From contig JACRNA010000022.1 of the NCBI GenBank assembly GCA_016219445.1, positions 1-41,474 on the forward strand: DNA of 41,474 bases, read 5' to 3'. The stretch comes from Candidatus Amesbacteria bacterium (GTDB lineage Bacteria > Patescibacteriota > Microgenomatia > CAZETR01 > Amesbacteraceae). Position 1 is the first letter of the stretch, and every line of letters starts with the position of its first letter. Below, piece after piece: positions 9,592 through 18,086 of this stretch. The position numbers were made by a program, and so were the translations under genes. The notes beneath the pieces were generated by a model that saw nothing but the letters and a program-made list of their open reading frames with translations, was not told the origin of the DNA and ran no database searches.

Positions 9592-10251
9592 TCAATCTGG
9601 AAATAGATTATCCAGCGCAGACGAGGCAGCCTGAGTTTCAGCCTTTTGCTTACTGGATCCGTTTCCGGTTCCAGCTGGCTTGTTGTCGATAATTGCTTCG
9701 ATTACAAAATTTCTGGCATGATCGGGACCGTCACTAGATACCAATTTGTAGAGGGGTGTTCCAAAACCTGCTGCTTGGGATTTTTCCTGAAGCAAGCTCT
9801 TTGGGTCTTTGAGCTGCAGGTCAGCCAAAAGCTCACTATCTGGAAAGACTCGAGTCAAGTATTTTCTGCAGGCGTCTAGTCCTCCGTCCATAAACATGGC
9901 ACCCAGGATCGCCTCAAATGTATTGGCGAGTAAACCAATATTGCTTCGTCCACCAGTGTCTTCTTCCCCTCGGCTCAATTGTAATAAATTATTTAGTTTA
10001 AGGAGTTTGGCTTTTTCATAGAGTGATCCAGTCTGAACAAGTAGCGATCTACGGGTAGTCAATTCACCCTCTGGAGCTTGGGGAAATAAGACAAACAATC
10101 TTTCAGAAATAACAAGAGAAAGTACTGAATCGCCCAAAAATTCCAATCTTTCGTTTGAGCTTGTGCCTGGATGCTCATTGCAATAGGACTTGTGAACTAA
10201 AGCTTTGTTAAGCCAGAAAGGATCGGTAAAAAACGATTTTAAATCAAGCAT
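9592..10251 (-). CDS. rnc: Ribonuclease III
   Basis: NERLEFLGDSVL signature and C-terminal dsRBD (DPKSLLQE, GPDH). Start set at ATG 10251. Confidence 0.95.
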   Translation of the reverse strand: MLDLKSFFTDPFWLNKALVHKSYCNEHPGTSSNERLEFLGDSVLSLVISERLFVLFPQAPEGELTTRRSLLVQTGSLYEKAKLLKLNNLLQLSRGEEDTGGRSNIGLLANTFEAILGAMFMDGGLDACRKYLTRVFPDSELLADLQLKDPKSLLQEKSQAAGFGTPLYKLVSSDGPDHARNFVIEAIIDNKPAGTGNGSSKQKAETQAASSALDNLFPD

Positions 10252-10810
10252 GAATTTCTTCCACTGGGTCAATGGCCTCGAGTAAATCTCCTATGGTAAT
10301 TATATCTATAAGCTCAACGGGAATGGTGATATCCAAAGCATCTTGCAGACGGGTCAAGAGAGTGGTATCGGATGACATTTCAGACAATATAGTATCATCC
10401 GTCAGTTCAGATGGATTTTTTTGCCACTCATTGGCTAAAAATTGGATGACAGCGTTTCTTTTTTGCATAGTTTTTGTGAGATTTCCCAAAACCCCATTTA
10501 CAAATGATGGACTGTGATCTGATCCAAACTCGTGTGCCAGCTCTACAGCTTCATCTATGATAACCCGAAGGGGTGTGGTTTTGTCAATCACCAGTTCCCA
10601 GGTGGCCAAGCGTAGAATTGCCAGATCAACAGGATTTATTTGTGAAATAGGCCATTCTGGAGCTGAGTTAGTAATCAGTGGATCAATAATACCAAGTTTT
10701 GACCAAATGTTTACAATTGCGGAATTTGGTTTAATGCGGTAGGCCGCTTCGTAAAGACATTGCATTAACTTAACTCGTTTCAGGTGTCTGGGATCCAAAG
10801 CTGTTTTCAT
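10244..10810 (-). CDS. nusB: NusB with a C-terminal acyl-carrier-protein-like domain
   Basis: DLAILRLA, IIDEAVELAHEFG, FVNGVLG, plus a ~75-aa ACP-like tail (…LQDALDITIP…ITIGDLLEAI). Confidence 0.9.
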   Translation of the reverse strand: MKTALDPRHLKRVKLMQCLYEAAYRIKPNSAIVNIWSKLGIIDPLITNSAPEWPISQINPVDLAILRLATWELVIDKTTPLRVIIDEAVELAHEFGSDHSPSFVNGVLGNLTKTMQKRNAVIQFLANEWQKNPSELTDDTILSEMSSDTTLLTRLQDALDITIPVELIDIITIGDLLEAIDPVEEIHA

Positions 10811-10975
10811 TTATTTTTTGTCCTTGTAAGACCCACAAAATTTACAAGCTCTGTGTGGCAAGATAAGCTCGTGACACTTCTTACACTCGATCAGTGTCGG
10901 TAATGTAAGCTTGATGGAAGCCCGCCTAATACCTTGACGCCTTGTGGACCATCTGCGTTTTGTAAGTGGGGTCAT
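10811..10975 (-). CDS. rpmF: 50S ribosomal protein L32 (not in the ORF track)
   Basis: Translated by hand: MTPLTKRRWSTRRQGIRRASIKLTLPTLIECKKCHELILPHRACKFCGSYKDKK. Confidence 0.93.
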   Translation of the reverse strand: MTPLTKRRWSTRRQGIRRASIKLTLPTLIECKKCHELILPHRACKFCGSYKDKK

Positions 10976-11016
10976 GAAGTTATTGTAACCAATATTTTAT
11001 CTTTTCTCAAGTACCT

Positions 11017-11052
11017 ACCTCTCCTTGCTAAGGAGAGGGATTAAGGGTGAGG
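11017..11052. repeat. REP-like palindrome overlapping the recG stop
   Basis: cctctcctt-gct-aaggagagg perfect 9-bp stem, followed by gattaagggtgagg. Confidence 0.6.
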
Positions 11053-12875
11053 TTTGAAAGGGTTCTTCTGACCAGTGGCAACATGTCAAAATCTTTGTAT
11101 GTAGCAATTTTTAGTTCTGACTTACCGTGTTGGGAGGTACTATAGATATTTCCGGCACCTCTTATGGCCAGATCAATTTCGGCCAGTCTTGAACCAATAT
11201 GTGTAGTTTCCATGGCTTTTAATCTTTCTGTGTCTTGTGTCGAAAACATTAGGCAGTATGCTTGCTGGCCATTTCTGCCGACTCTTCCTCTCAGCTGGTG
11301 CAACGCAGCCAAGCCAAACCTATGGGCATCTTCAATAACCATAATGCTGGCTTCCGGAATATCTATACCCACTTCTACGACCGGCGTGGACACTAGAATA
11401 TCGATTTTTTTGTCTCTAAATTTATTTATAATTTCGTCTTTATTTTTCATCCGTCCATGCAGTAATCCTAAATTCAAATTACTAAATGATTTCTTGAGTG
11501 ATTCAAATTCCACATTGACCGCACGGATTGCTTTCAAAGATTCGCTTTCATCAATCAGACTGCAAATCCAAAAAACTTGTGTTTTTTGTTTTTTGATCCA
11601 CTCGATCGCAGATACTCTCTTTTCCTCAGAAACTACCCAGGTTTTGATAATTTTTCTACCCGCCGGAAGCTCGGTCAGCTGTGACAGATCCAAGTCTCCA
11701 TACAAAACCAGGGCCATAGTTCGGGGAATAGGTGTGGCAGTCATTGTCAGAACATGTGGAGTCCCCCCTTTGTGCTGCAATAAAGCCCGTTGGGCTACTC
11801 CAAATTTGTGCTGCTCGTCAATTATGACTAGACCCACATTGTCAATATTGCTATTTAACAGAGCTTGAGTACCTACTAGGACATCGCCCATAGATTTTGT
11901 CTGCGAAGTAACCAGACCGACGGAAATTTTAAAAGGTGACAACAATTTGCTCAAAGTTTCAAAATGCTGTAGAGCGAGTATTTGGGTAGGCGCCATAAAC
12001 AGAGACTTGAAGCCATTGAGTTTGGCAACTAGGCAAGCCACTGCAGCTACGACAGTCTTTCCACTACCCACGTCCCCTTCCAATAATCTGTTCATGGCTA
12101 CAGGTTTTTCTAGATCAGCCAGTATTTCCTCTATTGCCAGATTTTGGGATTTTGTAAGTTTAAACGGCAGATCAGAAATAAATTTTGTGACTTGAGATTT
12201 GGGATTTGTGAATTGTTTGGCGACCCCTCTATTTTGCCAATCATGGCGTCTTTTCAGATTTTCGGTTTCAAATTTCAGCAGTTCATTGAAAGCAAGATTC
12301 CGTCTATATTTCTCGATTTCATATAATTCATTGGGAAAATGGACTCCTCTTAGATTTTGACCTAGACTTTCATCCAGTAAATTTAAATCTAATACTTCAC
12401 GTATTTTCTTTCTTAGCCATTTGGAAGTAAGACCTGCTGTTTCTGGATATATGGGGACGATAGTACCAGCTGTTTCGGGGTCTGCTATTTCGGGGCTAAT
12501 CACAGCCAGCTTTCTCCCAAACCAATCGGCTTTGCCATATAGTGAAATTTTAGTACCCGCTTGGATTGTCCGTGCCAGATAACGCTGGTTAAACCAGATA
12601 ACCAGACTTTTTCCGGTCTCATCTGCTATTTCTGTTTTTTGAATGACTTTGCCGGATTTGGTATATTCATTTGTGATTTCAGAAATCGCACCAACGATTG
12701 TGATTTGAAACCCGGCTTTAATTTGTGAGACAGGTGTAATGATTCTTCGGTCTTCATATCTAAATGGCAGGTGATGCAGAAGATCAAAAACAGTATATAT
12801 TTCCAATTTTACCAGCCTTTCCGCCTGCACAGATCCGATTCCAGATAGTGATGTGACGTTATCAGAGAGTTTCAT
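11028..12875 (-). CDS. recG: ATP-dependent DNA helicase RecG
   Basis: Wedge OB domain; GDVGSGKT, DEQH, TATPIPRT, QLRGRVGR. Confidence 0.95.
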   Translation of the reverse strand: MKLSDNVTSLSGIGSVQAERLVKLEIYTVFDLLHHLPFRYEDRRIITPVSQIKAGFQITIVGAISEITNEYTKSGKVIQKTEIADETGKSLVIWFNQRYLARTIQAGTKISLYGKADWFGRKLAVISPEIADPETAGTIVPIYPETAGLTSKWLRKKIREVLDLNLLDESLGQNLRGVHFPNELYEIEKYRRNLAFNELLKFETENLKRRHDWQNRGVAKQFTNPKSQVTKFISDLPFKLTKSQNLAIEEILADLEKPVAMNRLLEGDVGSGKTVVAAVACLVAKLNGFKSLFMAPTQILALQHFETLSKLLSPFKISVGLVTSQTKSMGDVLVGTQALLNSNIDNVGLVIIDEQHKFGVAQRALLQHKGGTPHVLTMTATPIPRTMALVLYGDLDLSQLTELPAGRKIIKTWVVSEEKRVSAIEWIKKQKTQVFWICSLIDESESLKAIRAVNVEFESLKKSFSNLNLGLLHGRMKNKDEIINKFRDKKIDILVSTPVVEVGIDIPEASIMVIEDAHRFGLAALHQLRGRVGRNGQQAYCLMFSTQDTERLKAMETTHIGSRLAEIDLAIRGAGNIYSTSQHGKSELKIATYKDFDMLPLVRRTLSNLTLNPSP

Positions 12876-12946
12876 CTTGCCATTATTATACAAGTTTATG
12901 GTTAAAAGTTGCAGGAATGGTTGTTGCCACTTTCACCCCAGTAAAT

Positions 12947-12964
12947 CCCACCTCTCGGGTGGGA
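12947..12964. repeat. REP-like hairpin upstream of the RAYT
   Basis: cccacctctcgggtggga, identical to 13684-13701. Confidence 0.85.
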
Positions 12965-12984
12965 ATTGTGGTAATATTAATCGC

Positions 12985-13662
12985 ATGGCCATGAGACAAA
13001 CACCGTTGGTTTCTGGAGGATACTACCATATTTTCAACAGAGGAGTCGCAAAAATGCCTATATTTACCACAATATCTGATTACACTAGAGCTTTGCAAAC
13101 GATTGAATATTATCGCTTTACAAATCCTCCCTTGAAACTTTCTAAATATAAAGATTTGTCTATAGAACAAAAAAGCCGCATCAATCTGGAATTAGATTAT
13201 AAAAAGGATTGTTTAGTTGATATATTGAGTTTTGTATTTATGCCAAATCATTTTCATTTTTTACTTAAACAGAGTACTGATTGGGGAGTGTCCAAGTTTG
13301 TTGGTCAATTTTCAAATAGTTACACTCGTTATTTTAACACTAAACATAATCGTGTTGGACCAGTGTTCCAAGGAGTATTTAAAGCTGTCGAAGTTGAATC
13401 TGAAGAACAATTGATACATCTTTCTCGTTACATACACTTAAATCCCTATGTATCTTCACTTATTTCAAAAGCTGAATTAGATAAATATCTGTGGTCTTCT
13501 TTACCCGCTTATTTGGGTATACGAAAAAGTTTTGTTGATTTGGGAACAATACTATCTCAATTCTCAACAAAATTTACCTATAGAGATTTTGTGTTTGACC
13601 ATTCAGATTATGCTCATGAACTTGAAAGAGTGAAACATTTAGCCATAGATATTGAAGACTAA
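12985..13662 (+). CDS. REP-associated tyrosine transposase (RAYT, Y1 HUH family)
   Basis: YYHIFNRG, MPNHFH (HUH), GPVFQG, YIHLNP, WSS motifs. Confidence 0.9.
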   Translation: MAMRQTPLVSGGYYHIFNRGVAKMPIFTTISDYTRALQTIEYYRFTNPPLKLSKYKDLSIEQKSRINLELDYKKDCLVDILSFVFMPNHFHFLLKQSTDWGVSKFVGQFSNSYTRYFNTKHNRVGPVFQGVFKAVEVESEEQLIHLSRYIHLNPYVSSLISKAELDKYLWSSLPAYLGIRKSFVDLGTILSQFSTKFTYRDFVFDHSDYAHELERVKHLAIDIED

Positions 13663-13683
13663 AGATTACTATGTACAATATAG

Positions 13684-13701
13684 CCCACCTCTCGGGTGGG
13701 A
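13684..13701. repeat. REP-like hairpin downstream of the RAYT
   Basis: Identical to 12947-12964, same orientation. Confidence 0.85.
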
Positions 13702-13776
13702 TCACTACTTAGATTTCAAAACAAGGAGGTTGATCTGGAAATAAAATCAGTAATAGATCAATTAAAAAGGGTGATA

Positions 13777-13878
13777 CTACAGATATAATAGATATGGCAA
13801 AATTGTTCCTGCAATAAGAGCAAAAGAGGCAATGACAATTACCACCTTTATAAACTTGGATTTATTTTTGGAAGTCAT
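13777..13878 (-). CDS. Small single-pass membrane protein (33 aa)
   Basis: MTSKNKSKFIKVVIVIASFALIAGTILPYLLYL: basic N-terminus plus TM helix; divergent from the PBP gene. Confidence 0.55.
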   Translation of the reverse strand: MTSKNKSKFIKVVIVIASFALIAGTILPYLLYL

Positions 13879-13903
13879 GGGCTAAATGATATACTTAAAT
13901 GGT

Positions 13904-16345
13904 ATGCGAATCAAGTACTTTCCGAAGTCAAAGCTGATCTTATATGGCTCAATTGGATTATTAATATCAATCCTGGTTGGATTTATTGGCGTATTGATAA
14001 TCTTGGTTATTGTCGCCCGTGATTTACCAAGTCCAGATCGTGTCGTCAGGCGCGAAGGATTTGCAACAAAAATATATGACCGCAACGGCGAACTTCTGTA
14101 CGACGTGTTTGACAGCCAGAGACGCACCCCCGTCAAATTTGACGATATCCCCATGAGTTTAAAGCAGGCGACAATTGCTGTGGAAGACAAAAACTTCTAC
14201 ACCCATGCAGGTATTGATCCCCTGACCCCACTGCGTATTGGTTGGAACATTGTTGTCAAAAAAAGAGTGGTCGGTGGATCCGGTCTGACTCAGCAATTGG
14301 TAAAAACAGTACTTCTCTCTTCGGAGCGGACCGTCACCCGCAAAGTCAAAGAGTTTATCTTGGCTTTGCAAATAGAGCAAAAATATACCAAAGATGAAAT
14401 CTTACTAATGTATTTAAATGAAGTACCATATGGTGGTACAGCTTATGGTGTCGAGGCAGCGTCCCAAACATATTTTGGCAAATCGGCTAAGCTTCTAAAT
14501 CTCCCGGAGTCTGCTTTACTTGCCGGCCTTCCCCAATCACCATCGGCTTATTCACCGTACGTAGGAAAGCTTTATATAGCCCGAAGCTACGAGGTATTGC
14601 GGCGAATGCGCGAGGACGGTTATATTACATCCAAGATAGAGTCGGTTGCCAGAACGCAAATCGATAGCATGCAGTTTTCCACGCAAATTGGCATACTCAA
14701 GGCTCCGCACTTTGTCTTTTATGTCAAACAAAGATTGATCGAACGCTATGGTGAAAAAGTGGTGGAGCAAGGAGGACTAAAAGTGACGACTACTCTGGAC
14801 TTGAAACTTCAGGAAATTGCTCAGAAAGCGGTAACAGATGAGATTTCGGCTGTCAAACACTTGAAAATTACCAATGGTGCTGTAGTTGTCATTGATCCCA
14901 ATACCGGACAAATATTGTCCATGGTGGGCTCAAAAGACTGGAGCGATCCAAATTATGATGGAAAATATAATGTGACACTGGCAACCCGTCAACCAGGTAG
15001 TACAATAAAACCCGTCGTCTATCTGACTGGACTTCGTCAAGGATTCACAGCCTCTACCATGCTCATGGACACCAAGAGTTCTTTTCCCGGTGGTGACAAA
15101 CCTGAATATATTCCCGAAAATTATGACGGTAAATTTAGAGGACCAATATTGATCCGGGAAGCCCTTGGAAATTCAATAAATGTCCCAGCTGTCAAAATGC
15201 TTTCACTCGTCGGTATCAAAAACATGATGCAAACAGCTTTTGATTTGGGAATTACAACACTCGAGCCGACTTCCGATAATCTGAAACGTGTAGGTTTATC
15301 CGTGGCCTTAGGTGGAGGTGAAGTTAGGCCTTTGGATATTATTTCTGCGTATTCGGCTTTTGCCAATGGAGGAATACGACGTGATCCTGTCGCTATTTTG
15401 AAAGTTACAGACGGCAATAATCGTGTATTGGAAGAGTGGAAACCCACAGAGGGATTGCGCGTTATGTCAATTGGTGAAGCCTTTATTATTTCCAATATTT
15501 TGTCTGATCCCAAATCGCGGGACATTACCTTTGGCTCTAGGAGTCTTATCAATGTCGAAGGAAAAACTATATCTGTAAAGACCGGAACGACCAATGACAA
15601 GCGGGACAATTGGACTATCGGCTGGACCCCGACTGTGATAGTCGGGGTCTGGGTCGGAAACAATGACAATACTCCCATGAAAGAAGTCGCCTCAGGGGTA
15701 ACGGGGGCAGCACCAATATGGCGAAAAGTGATACTGACAGCCCTTAAAGAAAAGCTGGATGAACCAGTCAATCCCCCATCTGATATTATCCAGTTGGATG
15801 TAGACAGAATTTCTGGCTATATGGCCCACGATAGCTTTGATTCCAAAAAGGAATATTTTATTAAAGGCACCGAGAGCTTTGGGGACGACCCAATTCACAA
15901 AAAAATCCGTGACTGCAATGGGGATCTAAAAGAAGCCTTGATATTCAAAGAGAAGGATCCGTTTGAAAAAGAGGGCTTGAACCAGTGGCAAATAGGAATA
16001 GATGAATGGCTCAAAGGACAAACTGATGCGAAGTATCACTCCGAAAACATTCAGTCTTGTGGTAACCAAGTTTGGATTACTATGCAAAGTCCTCCTGATA
16101 AATCCCGTATAGATACCAATGATGTAGAAATTCGGTTTGATGTGACTTCACCTACTCCGATCAAGAAAGCGGAAGTATCAGTGGATGGAGCGCTTAAACA
16201 AATCTTGGTTGGTGAACCATGGAAAGTAACTGTCAATATGTCCAACGCTTCTTATCACAAAATAGATGTCGTAGTTACCGATGAACAGAACAATGTGGGA
16301 TCAAGATTTGTGGAAATCGGGGTCAATCAAGATTTTGCGAAATGA
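13904..16345 (+). CDS. Class A penicillin-binding protein (transglycosylase-transpeptidase) with C-terminal Ig-like domain
   Basis: EDKNFYTH, GGSGLTQQLVK, RKVKE; SxxK (GSTIK), SxN (NSIN), KTGT. Confidence 0.93.
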   Translation: MRIKYFPKSKLILYGSIGLLISILVGFIGVLIILVIVARDLPSPDRVVRREGFATKIYDRNGELLYDVFDSQRRTPVKFDDIPMSLKQATIAVEDKNFYTHAGIDPLTPLRIGWNIVVKKRVVGGSGLTQQLVKTVLLSSERTVTRKVKEFILALQIEQKYTKDEILLMYLNEVPYGGTAYGVEAASQTYFGKSAKLLNLPESALLAGLPQSPSAYSPYVGKLYIARSYEVLRRMREDGYITSKIESVARTQIDSMQFSTQIGILKAPHFVFYVKQRLIERYGEKVVEQGGLKVTTTLDLKLQEIAQKAVTDEISAVKHLKITNGAVVVIDPNTGQILSMVGSKDWSDPNYDGKYNVTLATRQPGSTIKPVVYLTGLRQGFTASTMLMDTKSSFPGGDKPEYIPENYDGKFRGPILIREALGNSINVPAVKMLSLVGIKNMMQTAFDLGITTLEPTSDNLKRVGLSVALGGGEVRPLDIISAYSAFANGGIRRDPVAILKVTDGNNRVLEEWKPTEGLRVMSIGEAFIISNILSDPKSRDITFGSRSLINVEGKTISVKTGTTNDKRDNWTIGWTPTVIVGVWVGNNDNTPMKEVASGVTGAAPIWRKVILTALKEKLDEPVNPPSDIIQLDVDRISGYMAHDSFDSKKEYFIKGTESFGDDPIHKKIRDCNGDLKEALIFKEKDPFEKEGLNQWQIGIDEWLKGQTDAKYHSENIQSCGNQVWITMQSPPDKSRIDTNDVEIRFDVTSPTPIKKAEVSVDGALKQILVGEPWKVTVNMSNASYHKIDVVVTDEQNNVGSRFVEIGVNQDFAK

Positions 16346-18085
16346 AGCAATGTCTTCATTCGCAAGTTGTCTATTGGAATCGTGATAAGTAATTCTCAGT
16401 GTCAATTTATCTCCATATTTCTCAATAAATTCAATATTATTGATTAGCGGACTCACCGCTTTGATTTTTTTAATTAATTCTTCATAACTTCCAATCAAGT
16501 TAATATTAATGTCTTCAATTATTGGAGAGAATTTTGAAATAGGGGTAAATTGTTTTGTTGTTGTGGCAGATTTTATAATTATTTCAAAATTAATTTCGCA
16601 TATTAAGCACGTATCATAAATGTCGATACGATAATCAAACTTGCTACCCAGTTCTAATTCAAGCCCCTCAATAACACCTTTGAATTTTGTCATATCTTTA
16701 TTTGTTGAACTGAGAATCAAATGTAATTCTTCATATGGAAGATAAACATTTGCAATTTCAAAAAAATTTAACTCCGGTACACGACCCATATTTTCGGTTA
16801 TTATCTTTAGATGTGAATTTGTAAGATTGGTTCTGAGATACTCCCATTCAGTTGAGAGCGGATTTTTTAGTTTTAAACCATTATCTTTATCCACCAGAGA
16901 GTATGTATAGGCTTCAGTAAATCCCCAATGAGAAAGTGCAGATTTTACTTTTGATTCCCAATAAAAGGTCTTGTCGTAAGACGGTGGAGGCAATTTCCCT
17001 GTTATTAATACTGATGGTAAATTGTGATAACCATAAATTCGAGCAACTTCTTCTACCAGATCTTCTGGGATATCAATATCTAGTTTTCTCCACCAAGGGA
17101 TTTTTACTTCCATACCACTTATTTCAAATCCTAACGATTTCAAAATGCTTTCAACTTCACTCTGTTTAATTTCTACTCCCAAATCAATTTTACCTAGTTT
17201 TATAATTTTAGTTGTTTCTTTGGCGTTTAAAATATCCAAAATAGGATGGGTTGTACCACCAAACATCTCAATCCCCTTTTTCAGGGTGGGCAAAACATTT
17301 TCGGTAGCTAATCCTTTTTCAAATAAAACAGCCGCGTCTGTACGAAGGGCTAGAGACATCGAAGTTTTGCGGATATGTGATGGTTCATATATTTGAACAA
17401 ATAATAAAACGTTTTTAGTATTTTCATCAACCGCTGAATTCTGCCCTCCCATAATTCCGCATAAATCAATAATTTTTCCCGAGCCATCTTCTATCACAAT
17501 GTCTCCCCCCTTCAACACATGTTTTTTTTCATCAAGTGTAATCAAACTCTTACCCTTTTTACTTTCTCTCAAAATCATTTTGTGACCGGCAATTTTATCG
17601 TAATCAAAAGTGTGGACGGGCTGACCCATTTCTAACATCAAATAATTACTAACATCTACGACATTATTTATGGCTCTGATCCCGCATAATTCTAATCTTT
17701 GTTTAACTAATGCTGGTGATTCCCCCACTTTAATATTATTTATAAGAGCCGTCGAAAACCTCGAACACAACTCTTTATCTATTTGAACATTTAGATATTG
17801 GACCTTAGAATTTATTTGGATCTTAGAATTTTTAATTTGTAATTTTAATTTTGCCGGATAACCAAATCTCGGCAAAATAGCTGCGCATTCACGGGCAATG
17901 CCAACCACAGACATCATATCGACCCTATTGGTTGTCACTTCAATATCGTAGACATAATCTCTGCCTTTTTTGTGTAATCTGTCTACAGAAGGACCGCACA
18001 ATGAAAGCGCCATCTGTATTTGCTTGGGCGTGGCATCAGTCTTTATAAATTCCCTAAGCCAACTATCTGGTATCAATATTTGCAT
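16301..18085 (-). CDS. pheT: Phenylalanine-tRNA ligase beta subunit (short form, apparently lacking the B2 OB domain)
   Basis: EVTTNRVD, INNVVDVSNY, GQPVHTFD, DLVEEVARIYGY. Confidence 0.93.
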   Translation of the reverse strand: MQILIPDSWLREFIKTDATPKQIQMALSLCGPSVDRLHKKGRDYVYDIEVTTNRVDMMSVVGIARECAAILPRFGYPAKLKLQIKNSKIQINSKVQYLNVQIDKELCSRFSTALINNIKVGESPALVKQRLELCGIRAINNVVDVSNYLMLEMGQPVHTFDYDKIAGHKMILRESKKGKSLITLDEKKHVLKGGDIVIEDGSGKIIDLCGIMGGQNSAVDENTKNVLLFVQIYEPSHIRKTSMSLALRTDAAVLFEKGLATENVLPTLKKGIEMFGGTTHPILDILNAKETTKIIKLGKIDLGVEIKQSEVESILKSLGFEISGMEVKIPWWRKLDIDIPEDLVEEVARIYGYHNLPSVLITGKLPPPSYDKTFYWESKVKSALSHWGFTEAYTYSLVDKDNGLKLKNPLSTEWEYLRTNLTNSHLKIITENMGRVPELNFFEIANVYLPYEELHLILSSTNKDMTKFKGVIEGLELELGSKFDYRIDIYDTCLICEINFEIIIKSATTTKQFTPISKFSPIIEDININLIGSYEELIKKIKAVSPLINNIEFIEKYGDKLTLRITYHDSNRQLANEDIASFRKILIDPDFHKS

Positions 18086-18086
18086 A

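Noticed and set aside
11164..11868. Long antisense ORFs (also 15121-15771, 29766-30359, 40968-41312 and others)
   Set aside because: Shadows of well-supported genes on the opposite strand, with no recognisable motifs.
16301..16345. 45-nt convergent overlap of the PBP gene and pheT
   Set aside because: Ordinary 3' overlap in a compact genome; no sign of additional function.
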